Below are positions 14,361 to 28,122 of a stretch of 64,000 nucleotides of DNA, piece by piece (positions within the stretch are counted from its first letter, which is position 1; each line of letters begins with the position of its first letter). The notes beneath the pieces were generated by a model. It was not told the origin of the DNA and did no database searches. It saw only the letters and a program-made list of their open reading frames with translations. Both the position numbers and the translations under genes were made by a program. The stretch comes from Octopus vulgaris (taxonomy: Eukaryota), in assembly GCA_951406725.2 (NCBI GenBank), contig OX597821.1, forward strand, positions 9,796,001-9,860,000, written 5' to 3'.

Positions 14361-14906
14361 ACAATCTATGGAACCTAATGTTTGGATCGAATCCAGCTGT
14401 GATTTGTATGAGGATTGTAGGAGATGAGATATCTAAGTGTTTCATTACATCAAGTGAAAATGTGATACATTGACATGTATATATATTTATATATCATTAA
14501 CATGTACATATAATTATAAATCAAGTGACACTGTGTTAATCCACCAACAACATAAATCCTCACATCAATTTAATACTGAGCTCAGCAAAGCAAAAACTAA
14601 CTTTGGATGTACAAAAGGAAGCAAAACTATATTATTTACCCACTAATTCATGACAATGGTTATTTCTTTTTCCTTCATCTCCCCGGTAATATATTTCATT
14701 CCAATTAATATAAAGAAATCACAAAAAAATTCAGAAATTTTAATGAAAATGATCAAGAATCTAGCTGATATGACTGTTCTGAAGATACTCTGTACAGGTG
14801 ATCAGATTTGGAGTTGAGAAATCAAAACCATATTATAGAAAGAGGTTCGAGCAAAAGAATACGAAATGAAATGTAATGTGTTTCTAATAAGTCCCCCCCA
14901 CCAAAA

Positions 14907-16944
14907 GAAAGAACACCGAAATCATCATCATGTGTATAACATTACCGCTACTATCGTGTTATAGGAATGAAGGAATGAGCGAAATATCTGTCGTAGATTT
15001 TGACTACAGCAAATCGGCATACTGTCTTTATATATGTGAAAGTCAGCAAATGCAAACGATCAAACAGTGAAATGCGTGTATACCTATGGAGAGGTCCTGA
15101 ATCGGACTAGTTAACATAACCTATATCGTGAAAATTTCGCCATTAATTCTATATTGAACAATCTGAATCTATCCACAAATTCTACTTTGAACGAATGTGT
15201 ATTCACGAATGAAATAGCGGTATTTCGCAAAGAAATAAAGAGAACATATACAAGGACAATTCGTCTGATTATTTGAGGAAAATTATCAATCCACATATCC
15301 TAACAGTGTAGCGAGCCAACTACGGGATAGCAACTAAACAATAAAAGAATATTCTTTCGAAGCATATTACGATCTTATAAGCATATTTTACGAGTAATAT
15401 TCCTTTGTCTTAAAGTGGTGAAGTGACAGAACGAATACGACACTGAGCAAAGTGCGTAGAGACATTTCGCCTGTCTTTACATTCCGAGTTCAAATTCTGT
15501 GTTAGTCGACTTTGCTTTTCCTCATTTCTGGGTCGATAATGGAAGTGACAGTTGAGCACTGGGATCGATATAAGCGACGTATCCCTTCTGAAGAAATAGT
15601 GACCAAATTTCATTATCCTAAAAATTATACACTACACCTCTGAGTAAGTTTTTGTGGGTAAAGCAAACAATTTTGGGGAAAAAAAACTTCCTTATTTTAT
15701 ACCTTCATTCTTCATCTCAGACTTAAATCATAATACAAGTATCTAAACAAATTTCTGTTTGTGAAAGCAACAAAACCAATAAGCAACAGAGGAATTAACT
15801 ACTCTGGCAAGTTTCACCTTCCATTTATCGCTTCGTCGAATATAATTTTGAAAAGGGTCTAATCATTCCATTAGAAGCTTTCAATATAATTTCTATAGAA
15901 GAAAGTGGTATGTGAGTGTTCAACACGAAAGAACACCGAAATCATCATCATGTGTATAACATTACCGCTACTATCGTGTTATAGGAATGAAGGAATGAGC
16001 GAAATATCTGTCGTAGATTTTGACTACAGCAAATCGGCATACTGTCTTTATATATGTGAAAGTCAGCAAATGCAAACGATCAAACAGTGAAATGCGTGTA
16101 TACCTATGGAGAGGTCCTGAATCGGACTAGTTAACATAACCTATATCGTGAAAATTTCGCCATTAATTCTATATTGAACAATCCGAATCTATCCACAAAT
16201 TCTACTTTGAACGAATGTGTATTCACGAATGAAATAGCGGTATTTCGCAAAGAAATAAAGAGAACATATACAAGGACAATTCGTCTGATTATTGGAGAAA
16301 AATTATCAATCCACATATCCTAACAGTGTAGCGAGCCAACTACGGGTTAGCAACTAAACAATAAAAGAATATTCTTTCGAAGCATATTACGATCTTATAA
16401 GCATATTTTACGAGTAATATTCCTTTGTCTTAAAGTGGTGAAGTGACAGAACGACTACGACACTGAGCAAAGTGCGTAGAGACATTTCGCCTGTCTTTAC
16501 ATTCCGAGTTCAAATTCTGTGTTAGTCGACTTTGCTTTTCCTCATTTCTGGGTCGATAATGGAAGTGACAGTTGAGCACTGGGATCGATATAAGCGACGT
16601 ATCCCTTCTGAAGAAATAGTGACCAAATTTCATTATCCTAAAAATTATACACTACACCTCTGAGTAAGGTTTTGTGGGTAAAGCAAACAATTTTGGGAAA
16701 AAAAAACTTTCTTATTTTATACCTTCATTCTTCATCTCAGACTTAAATCATAATACAAGTATCTAATCAAATTTCTGTTTGTGAAAGCAACAAAACCAAT
16801 AAGCAACAGAGGAATTAACTACTCTGGCAAGTTTCACCTTCCATTTATCGCTTCGTTGAATATAATTTTGAAAAGGGTCTAATCATTCCATTAGACTTTC
16901 AATATAATTTCTATAGAAGAAAGTGGTATGTGAGTGTTCAACAC
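14907..16944. repeat. Head-to-tail tandem duplication of about 1020 bp (14907-15926 and 15927-16944)
   Basis: The copies align at offset 1020 with about a dozen substitutions and one 2-bp indel. Each contains a decayed family B SINE. Confidence 0.95.
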
Positions 16945-17749
16945 AATGATATAGGAAAAGGTGAATTTTGAAAGTTATCAGAATGAAAATGGCAAAACTG
17001 AGAGAAGTTAAGGAATAAGATCAATTGATTGAAATACACCAAAGAAACCGTTTAAAATATACTAAGTCTGAATTATGAGATGAAAGAATATAAATTCCTT
17101 TGTTCAACGGGAATATATAAATGAATGTTGTGAACAATTACAGCAGCCTATTTAAATGTTGAAATATTATTGTAGATAGATCTTAGTACGCAACGCATAT
17201 ATATTTGAATATTTGAAAGTCGTTACCGAAGAATTTACTCCTATGATGAATTGTTTCCATCAGTATTATAATTCTTTAAAAATATGACACAAGACCAATA
17301 GCTTCGGGAGTGTAGTTAAGTGGATTACATCGCTCCAGTGCTCAGCTCATACTTATTTGATGCCGAAAGGATGAAAAGCATTTGAACTCAGAACGTAAGA
17401 CCAGAGGAAGCATCGCGAAATATTTCGTCTGGGATATAAAGGATGCTGCCATCTTAATTAGTCTTCTATCAAGCTAAGCAAACGAACATATTAACATCGT
17501 ATTTGAAAAGAGTGAAACAATATTGTCCTGAGCGATATAGTCGTTTCGATATTACTGTGTGAGCTTATGATTGATTTAGAATTTAAACTTACTCTCAGCA
17601 TAGAAATAGTTATATATAATTGCTTCCAAAATAATGTAGGAATGAACGAAATCAGAAGCAAATTGCATATTGGAAACAATATATACAAAATGCATACAAT
17701 GACTAGATTAGGGAATGCATGTTGAGCTTAAATTATAAACAACTCCAGG

Positions 17750-17795
<46 letters not shown>

Positions 17796-18175
17796 TGCCT
17801 AATAGTCCATTATTGTATTCCTTACGAGAAATCGATACCTCACTCCCTAAACAATTTATCGTCCACGTAAGATGCTGGTTTGCATAGTCCGATTGTGAAA
17901 TGGTCTACACGTGTGTATTTTTCTATGAAGCTTTCATTCGGGCAAAAATTTATTTTATACGACTTTCTAGGCTATTTGACTCCCATTATTTAGGCATATA
18001 TGTATATACGTAATATGTTTCTACGTAGAAACATTTGAATTCACTTCTAAAGCAGGTGGGGTGGCACACGGAGCGTTCTGCTGGTGATTACAATAAGATT
18101 AGGGATCGTACTTTGTGAAGAGCAGCAAATTCTGTAAAAGTTGTGTCACTCGTCAGGTACAGAGGTACAGATATA

Positions 18176-18246
<71 letters not shown>

Positions 18247-19390
18247 CAAACCCACATACGCATCTTTCATTAAGTAAATTTGCACCTTTAATTTTAGTAA
18301 TCGGGGATAAACCTAATGCGGGTTCTCTTTCTTGTTACTCAATGAAATACAGCTTACAGTTGTGTAAAACATATTCACTGGCATGGTATTTTCCAGAACA
18401 TTCATTAATGACTAAAATCTTATTGGCTTATTTGAGGTTAACATCTCTCAGGAGTCGCACCTAGCATTTTTATGATTAAATCACAACAGGTGTTTGGATT
18501 TAAATTGGTTTCACTTTGTCTATGATAGAAACAAAGATCGAAATATATTGATTTCTGTTATTTGTGAAAATGTGTCTGATATTTGGGGCATGGAAATGGC
18601 TTGCTACCAGCAATTATCAGCAGAGAAATGACAATGTTACATTCATTTACATTACTTAACGTCGTTGAGTTTTAGGTATGTCTGTGTGTTGTGTGTACGT
18701 GAGTGTGTATGTGTATATCTATTCGTGTTTGTGTGTGAATGACTGCGTGAGTGTTTAAGTCTGTGTTACATCGTAAAAATGTTGTTTTATCAGTTCAGTA
18801 ATCATAAATCAGAAGAAAATAAATAACTCGAAGAACAGGTGGATTAATTAAATAAATAATAGTTTAAAATATTAGATGGGGATGATGAGTCTATGAGTCT
18901 AACAGGACAGTAGTTGAGTATATTTCCTGATATAGAAAAATCGAAATGCATAACATTTCGATTATTTTGTTCCTAAAATCGTATAGGAAAATGTGCTGGA
19001 GATCGGACGCTGTGCACGGATTTTTGAAGTCAATCCATCACCTATTGTAAGCTGGATGTTCCTACTGCTAGAAATAACCACACAACTCGCCTTCATTTAC
19101 TCCATACCGTTTTAGAACAGGATATTCCGATGTATAATATAAATCAATAAACTGAATGATAGAATATTTACTTTTCATAGGTTTACAAAATCAGAAACCG
19201 ACTGATGCAAACCGGAACATAAACAAAGATAAACATTTTAATAACCACAAGAGAAACTTCAAATGGGAAGAAGTTATATAGAGGCCATCAATTGAATTCT
19301 AACTGAGTGTGAGGATCAGCGTAGAGAAAGGGCGATTGATTGAAAACTTTTTGCATTCTTGATGAATAATGTTCTTCTAAAACAAACAAA

Positions 19391-19712
19391 AGGAATGATT
19401 CTTATGCTTCAAATATCATAATGAAAACTGTGAAGGTCACCCGAACATCATATCCATTTATTAAGCAGGCAACGTTGTCCTTGATCTGTTTTCCACAATA
19501 GATTAAACCATTTACAGAAGAGTATATCTAATGCATACAAGATATATATGGTTTCATTCAAGACATTCTTAGTACTGAAGATTCCAAGAGACGTTTTTAA
19601 CAATAATACAAACAGGAATGATTCTTATGCTTCAAATATCATAATGAAAACTGTGAAGGTCACCCGAGCATCATATCCATTTATTAAGCAGGCAACGTTG
19701 TTCTTGATCTGT
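19391..19712. repeat. 99-bp direct repeat pair (19391-19489 and 19614-19712)
   Basis: AGGAATGATTCTTATGCTTC...TTGATCTGT occurs twice with 2 mismatches. Confidence 0.9.
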
Positions 19713-20679
19713 CTCACTGTGATTAGTATTTATAATGTAACATCACGTACCGTTTCCTTTTATAGGTATGGAGTATAATTTATTTGCAAGTAAACATTGA
19801 TACGATTCCATGCAGGACTATTTGCCCGAGTGAGCGACTTACAGATAAGATCATACGTTTCTTCATTTGTTTCTGTTAAATAATCTGAACCGAAAATATA
19901 TCTTCGTTGCTGTTAGTGAAAGAATAGTGTATTTATACCACATGCCATTTCACATATAATCTGTTATTGATATATATATATTGTTGAATACAATCATCAA
20001 TTTAGTTGAACTACGGTAGTAGTAAATAATATTCTTAAGGCCGCAATTTACTCACAGGCAGCATACTTCAGAGCTCGACGCTAATTCAGTTCTTAACCAA
20101 ATTGAAAACTGTTATTCTTTTTTAAGACGATTGGTCGCTAGCTACATTTTGATATAACAAACCGGAGATTTGATCCTGTAGAAAACATGTTGACATCGGA
20201 ATTTGTAGCAACATTATAAGAGAGTAAGTAACTCCACCAATCAAGTTTAAATTTAAATAACTTTTTTTAAAATTTCAAATGCAAAATATATTTATCTTAG
20301 CTTTAACGATGGAAAAAAGCCTGGAGAATTTCATAGTTTTGATACCATGCAACATGAATTTATAGCAAAAACGTAGCAAAAACCTAGCAAAAACGAGAGG
20401 TATAATCACATGAAAAAATATAAGGCAAAGAATTGGACATAAGTATAATTATTTTTTTTTATTTTAAAAACAATCTATATTTTAGTTAAACTTAAATGAT
20501 AGAGCACTATTCGGGGAATTTCATCGTATCAATCTCATACTATGAAGTTTTAAAAGAAAAACGTTACGAGTGTTTGTTTCTCAAATTTGTGAGTGAGGAT
20601 ATAGTTGCATAAATGTTTATGAATATATTTCTACAATGTACTTTTAATATGTGTCACCGATGTCATTAAGTGGTATCAA

Positions 20680-21113
20680 CGACACCACTAATTCACATAT
20701 GTGACACATTTTTAATTAGCATAACAGCATAGCTTGGAAAAACATGCATAACATGGAAAAATGTGAACAAGAGAAAAATATTCTTAAGATTATAGATCTG
20801 AAAAATTACAATGGAAAGTAGAATAGCATATACGGTTGGCAAATTCATTATGTAAAAAAAATGCATTTGGTTAAGACTAAAATTGTGAAGACTTCACAAT
20901 AACTTAGGCAATATCTCAAGCAAATTTTACTGTGAATTTGTCGTTATAGGTAGATTTTATTGTGATATATAGGCATTTTTGTTTTATTCTACTTATCGAC
21001 ACCACTAATTCACATATGTGACGCATTTTTAATTAGCATAACAGCATAGCTTGGAAAAACATGCATAACATGGAAAAATGTGAACAAGAGAAACAATATT
21101 CTTAAGATTATAG
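20680..21113. repeat. ~116-bp direct repeat pair (20680-20795 and 20997-21113)
   Basis: CGACACCACTAATTCACATATG...CTTAAGATTATAG occurs twice, with one substitution and one indel. Confidence 0.9.
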
Positions 21114-23078
21114 TTTGAATTATATTTAATAGAAGGAACAAGTAATAACAAATAGAAGTAATTAACTTGTAATATATTTTAAATCTAAATTTTATTCTTT
21201 GCTGCAATAATATTACAGCTAAGGATACAATTGGAATATTAAAAAATATTTGATTTTAATTTAATAAATAACATTATATTTAAGAATGGTACCATCATCT
21301 TTTTAAAATATTGACAAGTTAGAATATTTAAAAAATGAGAGCCAAAAATGAGAGACGCTTGCGGTACTGCTAGAAAAATATTTATTTCAATACAAATTCA
21401 GTTTGTGACTAACACATGCCACTTACATGATGCTATAAATAAATACATATAACAAACTCATATGAGAAAATATCTCCTGGTATTTATTGACCAGAAAATT
21501 GTGTTGTATAGCTAAACATAACTGCATTGTGAATACGAAAAGAGTTTGTGATGAGAAAAAAAAAAGGACAGTAACTTCTGTTTTAATAACAGCAGCGAGT
21601 ATTAAAAAAATTGTATGTTAGATAAACTGAGTGCACTCCACTGCACTTTGAACTTACACGCAAGTCTACAAAACGCTACCTGCACTCACTAATTCTCTAG
21701 TGCATTTCATATTTCTATTCCAGTTCATTCAATTCAAACACTTACAACAATATTTCAACGCAGCAATTAATAATTGATGCAATTTCTTTGTCATGTAGTA
21801 GTGGAAATGAATAATAGTATGTTGTTGAAAGAATGTTTTTCTTATTTCTATTTCTGTAAGATTTGTTAGTGTTGGATGAAACATAGTGCTATATCTCTTT
21901 GCATTCCTTGCACTCTGAACTCAATTTCGTCAGATGTTACCAGCCGCTTTCGTTTTCCACTTCGATGTAAGTATAGGGAGAATGATCAGAAATTATGCAT
22001 TCGTATAATATTAGATGGATTAGTAACATTAACTGCTGCATCGCTTTTGGCAAACTTCACGACGACACCTTTGTCGACCTCTATCAGTTTATACCGGTGC
22101 ACAATCACACGGAAACATCGATAGTGATGTAAAAATAGAAGTGTATAAATTTTACGAATGTTCTTCCAAATCTCCTGACCTGCACTCTTTTCTGCAGATC
22201 AATGCAGAAACGTGAGTGCGAGAATTTTTTTTTTTTTAATGCGGAGAATATACATTTTTCAAATCCCTTTCTTCGTCATTAAAATAGTCTTTGTTTCATG
22301 TTGTAATCCTTTGGTTGGATATGATTGAACCACAATCTTGTATGCAGATACATTCTTCTTCTTAGCAGAAGGTCGTTTCAATGGCATAATATGCTTGTAT
22401 GTTTTCATAAATAGATTCAGTAGTCGCATATACATACGGATGCATGATAAATGAAGAAATTCACTTATCGTATTAGATAGGGGAAAATATTGATTTTATA
22501 AAGTATCCGTTTGTTTGAATTTTTTTTCCAATACATTATAAATTCTCTTCTTATCTTCCACATTTCAAATTATCATTCGGAAAAATTTCTAAAATTTAGA
22601 ATAATCGGATATCGTCAGTTTCATTTATTAGAATATTATTAGTATTCTATTTATCAAGTTTTTGGGTGAAGGAAATGAAAAAATACATAAACATTACTTT
22701 TTCAGTAGTAAAAAAAACGCAACAGACTTGTTATAAAGATGCTGTAATCACTTGTAAACTTTTATGTCAATTTTTTAAGCGTTTACTTTTATTAGTAAGC
22801 GAAGAAATAACTTCGGTAAATCATGTGCGTTTTCAAATGTCAGATAACGAAAGCGCTGAAACAGTTAAGATGTTGTTTGATCGCAAAAATATTAAAAAAT
22901 TGATCAGCCAACATAAGAATTTTTCAATTTATGCATATGGCCTTTGCATAAAATGAAATCAAGTGTCGGGATAGGCATACACACATATAAACACACACAC
23001 ACATACATACACACACACACACGCACACATATATACATGCATATATGCATATAAGTATGAATGCACTATATATGTATA

Positions 23079-23116
<38 letters not shown>

Positions 23117-24614
23117 CACATATATAAGTATATATATATATATAATTACGTATATAATATATATATATTTACATGCATACATACATATACCCGTGTGTGT
23201 GTGTGGCGCTCCGACGTGTGTTTGTGCGAGTGTGTACGTATGTGGATATGAAAGTAGTAACTAATTTTTGTATGCATTGTGTTGAACGCATGACATTTGT
23301 AATATTCAGTTTCCACTGGAATTTAAAGATATTTATTTTCTATATTATTCAGAGTTTATTGTATTCAGTAGAGTTGAGAAAATTTAAACTCCCATCAAAA
23401 TTTGCAAGCCTTATTTTCATTAGTATAAGATGAGTTCTAACTGTGAGTAACAAGCTACGATATGCAAATATAATCTATCTACAGTTTGTAGTCAGAACGT
23501 GAATTTTAAACTTTATTTATACACATCACGAGTCACTGGTTTTTATGCTTTTTCTTTTACGCAATACTGTATTGAAGACCAGTATTATATTATTAGCAAT
23601 TTTTCGATCGTTAATCTCCTACATTAAATGAAGTATATTACATAATGCCTGAGAAAACGTATTTCTTGTTATATATACTTGGATATAGGTTGCGTGGGGA
23701 ATTGTGCTGAAAGGGGGCTTTTTCAGTACGTGGTAAAATAGGTTGTTTTGTATGGAACACAAACAGCTTTTTAATATTTGTGAAAAGAAAAAGAAACGCC
23801 AGCATAATCCCTCGCGATCTTACAAACAGAATATATTTTCAGTCTAAATTACATCCTGTCTTATATACGAATTCCAGTTCCACTATGTAGCAACTTACAT
23901 ATATAAATTTGGAGAAGGTCATAATAGAAACGATTGATCTTTGGCGTGGTCAATGAACTTTTACATAAGAGTTAATTCTTGAAAGTTTGTGGTTTCCAGG
24001 TTCTCAATAATTGGAAAATATTAGATGTCAGTCAACCGACAAGAAATATTTCCTGACGTGAACGTATACATCATAATAGACAGGGATAAATATATACAAC
24101 AAACAGATGCGTGTAATATAGCGGACAATCCCACATGCCAAGAGCGCGTAAATTTACAGATTTTTGTGTCTAAAAAACATTAAAAATGATTTGACCGATC
24201 GGATGCTAGATTAGCGAGTCGTTACCTCAGGTTATCTCCAAAACCATTTGCCTTAAATGCACGAGTTCATCAAGAAACTACAACATTTGCCTTATATGCT
24301 CGTAGTGTTGAAGAACCTACAGAAATTATTCATCCATGCTTTTATATAATAAACATTGAGAGACATATAAAAAACATTTCGAGAAAGGTAAATTTTGAAA
24401 GGTCTTAATGAAATCAATGCAAAATGCACGCTATATTAAATTGAAATCTCTTTTAAAATTATCACTTTTAATAAACTTATGTTTCACAGAAACTGTTACA
24501 TGTTTACATCCACTCGAAATATAGGTCAGAAAATATTGTAAGTAACAATGAGTGCGATGACGAGAACAAAGAGAAACCGTGCCTGTTCAAAAGAAATGAA
24601 AGTACACATATATA

Positions 24615-24774
24615 GGCGCAGGAGTTGCTGTGTGGTAAGTAGCTTGCTAACCAACCACATGGTTCCGGGTTCAGTCCCACTGCGTGGCATCTTGGGCAAG
24701 TGTCTTCTACTATAGTCCCGGGCCGACCAATGCTTTGTGAGTGGATTTGGTAGACGGAAACTGAAAGAAGCCTG

Positions 24775-24834
<60 letters not shown>

Positions 24835-24997
24835 TGTTCCCCTAGCATTGCTTGACAACCGATGCTGGCGTGTTTACGTCCCCGTAACTTAGTTGTTCGG
24901 CAAAAAGAGACCGATAGAATAAGTACTGGACGTACAAAAAGAATAAGTCCAGCATGGCCGCAGTCAAATGACTGAAACAAGTAAAGGAGTAAAGAGT
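24615..24997 (+). mobile_element. Family A SINE with a small 3' deletion
   Basis: Full head, internal (TA)n(TG)n, and CAGCATGGCCGCAGTCAAATGACTGAAACAAG tail. Confidence 0.88.
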
Positions 24998-25294
24998 ATA
25001 TATGTTTTAATTATGTCCTTATTGTAATATGTAAAATTTACTGGAAATAATGTAGTTGCACTCAAAATGTACTTTAGGTAGATATTGGTAACGACATGAA
25101 AGTGTTGCATTTAAATCGTTCAACAATCGATTCTTGTACCTAATTATAACTGTGTCGAGCATTCTTACATTTAACCACACTGCATGTGAAATGTTGACGC
25201 CCTAGGAAGAATGGTAAGCTAATTGAAGAGCCAATCGATCAAGGAGGTGGAGATATAAGTCATTTTATTTTTATACACTTACGTATGACATGCA

Positions 25295-25353
<59 letters not shown>

Positions 25354-25592
25354 TACATACATACATATATGTAATGCACATCTAAGTATATACAGTGAAA
25401 ATTTACAAAAAAGGCAAAAGATGACGAGGTGTGTGTAAACAACAAACAGTTGTATTAGTTTAACGCTTGGTAAGTAAGAAAGCATTTTAGGTTTCGAGAC
25501 TAGGCTCTTTATACAACGAAACACAGAAATAAACAGGGAGAGAAAATAGAAAAAGATATAATACATGTCTATATCTCTCTATTTATATATGC

Positions 25593-25676
<84 letters not shown>

Positions 25677-25970
25677 ATATATATGTATATATATATATAT
25701 ATATGTGTGTGTATATATATATATATATATAAGTGTGTGTGTATATATATGTATATATATATATATATGTATATAATAATAAATATTAGGGAATAAATCC
25801 AAATTTACAAGGAAAAATCAGATTTAAGATTGAATCCAATTTTATAATAAAATATTATATTATAATAAATTAGAGACAAAACCACTATTATGCAAATCAA
25901 ACAAAGAAAGACTTAAGCCAATACATAAAATATAAAATAATTTATATAAATTAAAATTTAACAAATGAAT

Positions 25971-26022
25971 AACCACTACGATCGTTTCGTGTCAGCACAT
26001 CTTAGACATTCTTCAGGTGGTT
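25971..26022 (-). ncRNA. Type I hammerhead ribozyme in a PLE terminal-repeat fragment (~25780-26080)
   Basis: Minus strand AACCAC-CTGAAGA-aTGTC-taagatgtgct-GACAc-GAAAC-GATC-GTA-GTGGTT: perfect 6-bp stem I, palindromic GATC loop III, GUA site, and an A-C mismatch at the base of stem II. Confidence 0.72.
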
Positions 26023-26105
26023 TCTAAACCTTCTTAGCGAGTTATAAACTATGGTTTTGTCTCTAATTTATTATTATTATCATATATATATATATATATA
26101 TATAT

Positions 26106-26820
26106 ATACCAATAAGGACTGAACACGAAAAGTGGACAGTCAACATGCTAGATATAGACGTCAAATCGTCATTCACCACAAAAGATTATGTTCTCAGATC
26201 AAACTCAACACAAAACCATAGCAATAAAGTCCTTAATTGGTATATATAAATATTTTAATCTTCGGATTTTTTTAATATGCTAGACCACTGGTCTTAATTG
26301 ATAAATATCAATTTCTACCCTTAATTAATTTTATATAAATAAATATGTTCTCTAACCGATAAATTAACTGCTGCTAATTATTAGCTGCAGGCTAGTTTTC
26401 TCGGGTTCCAACGCCCAAAGTAAAGGCATTTGAAAGATATATTCTAATGTAATAGGCTGAACTCCATGCACGGGATATTTCGGTATCGTGTTTGCATCTA
26501 GTCCAGCAAATTACATTTATAACACCATGCTGATGATGGCTGCAGTTTTCCTTGCGGAAAATAACAGCTGAAACTAAGTTAGTCATGGGTAATTATTTTA
26601 TTTCGTATATGTTTCACTTGTTTATTGCTATGGTTTTGTGTTGAGTTTGATCTGAGAACATAATCTTTTGTGGTGAATGACGATTTGACGTCTATATCTA
26701 GCATGTTGACTGTCCACTTTTCGTGTTCAGTCCTTAATTGGTATATATAAATATTTTAATCTTCGGATTTTTTTAATATGCTAGACCACTGGTCTTAATT
26801 GATAAATATCAATACCCTTA

Positions 26821-26834
<14 letters not shown>
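26106..26834 (+). mobile_element. PLE-type terminal-repeat remnant with inverted and direct partial copies
   Basis: 26106-26228 is the reverse complement of ~26621-26744, and ~26228-26337 is a direct copy of ~26730-26834. Hammerhead at 26525-26588, with (TA)n on both sides. Confidence 0.75.
26525..26588 (+). ncRNA. Type I hammerhead ribozyme with extended stem II
   Basis: CCATg-CTGATGA-t-GGCTG-cag-TTTTCC-ttgc-GGAAAA-taa-CAGCT-GAA-ACTA-agt-TAGT-C-ATGG. Core intact, GUC site, stem I one nucleotide out of register. Confidence 0.65.
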
Positions 26835-26898
<64 letters not shown>

Positions 26899-27104
26899 TA
26901 TATTTGTATGTATGTATGTATAAATATGCAAGTGTATGTACATGCATATGCGTACATGTATATACGTATATGATTGTACTGCATTCTTAAACCTGTCCGT
27001 CAATGTTTACGATGACATCATCTTCTAGGGGTATTATCCCTATTTTCATATGTACATGTTTATACATACATACGTATGCGTATCTGTTTGTGTACAAGTA
27101 TGAC

Positions 27105-27430
27105 TGTATGTTAGTACGTGTACATGCGGGTCTATATATTTAACTATTTCTAGTTTTTAGTATACAACAGGCCCTGCCCTATTTAACATTGTCCCGAGGG
27201 AGATCAAAGAGGAAAAGCATCCCATCAACTTTAAACGGAGTCTGGATAGATTCCTTCAAAGGATACCAGATAAGCCACCCATAATTGGATACAACTCACC
27301 CAACAAGAACTCAGTACTTGAACAAAACTTGACTTGAACAGGATTCGAATAATCCCATCAGGTGGTGCTATTAAGTTAGACATGGCCTGGACCAATCTTT
27401 GGTCGAAACATATCTAAGTTATCTAAGTTA
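27105..27430 (+). mobile_element. 3' end fragment of a CR1-group LINE
   Basis: TGPALFNIVPREIKEEKHPINFKRSLDRFLQRIPDKP resembles the C-terminus of the LINE at 56965-58412. Ends in tandem TATCTAAGT repeats. Confidence 0.75.
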
Positions 27431-28122
27431 TACATATGTGACTGCGTGTGTGGTCATGTGTATTTATTATCAAGCTAAAAGGCTGTAAAGTCTAAGGATA
27501 TGCAATGTATAGTGTATAGTGAACTATGTAAATGTAGATGAGAATGCTCAAAAAGCAAGAGGATCTAAATGAAACATATCTGAGAATCCTTGCCACAAAT
27601 CGTTTTTTTAATATTATATTATAGTGACACTCGCCATTTCACCGAGACAGAATTTGAAATTCTCTCACATAAATGTTGAAAGGATTATCACCCATTCTTG
27701 TCGATGAAATATAAGACACTTAGACGAGATAAAGAGCGACAAAATCCGAGCAAAATACCTTACAGCATCAATAATATTAAAAATGATATGGGCGGAAGTA
27801 GTTAATCCTTGTCTTATAATTCAATAGTAATCTGAAGGAGGGAAAAATGACCACGCAGCGAAAAGGATTACACCTTCTAAAGTCATCAGCCGTTTACACA
27901 ATCAGAAAACACTTAAAATGTATTAAAACATTCAGAGACTAGACTTCAGACAAGTTTCCGCACGCATATATTTGAGTGAAATATAACCCACATAGAGTCT
28001 TAAAAAGACTTTCTATTGTGTCGAGGCAAATAAATTTCGAAATCCGATGAAGTCGAAAGAATTCATCGATAAATGAAGTACCACGCTTGTAATAGAATGA
28101 TTCTGCTTCATCATCTTCAACA

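Noticed and set aside
14907-21113. CRISPR-like or LTR interpretation of the direct repeats
   Set aside because: Eukaryotic context, only two copies each, no regular spacers, and no TG...CA, primer-binding site or polypurine tract.
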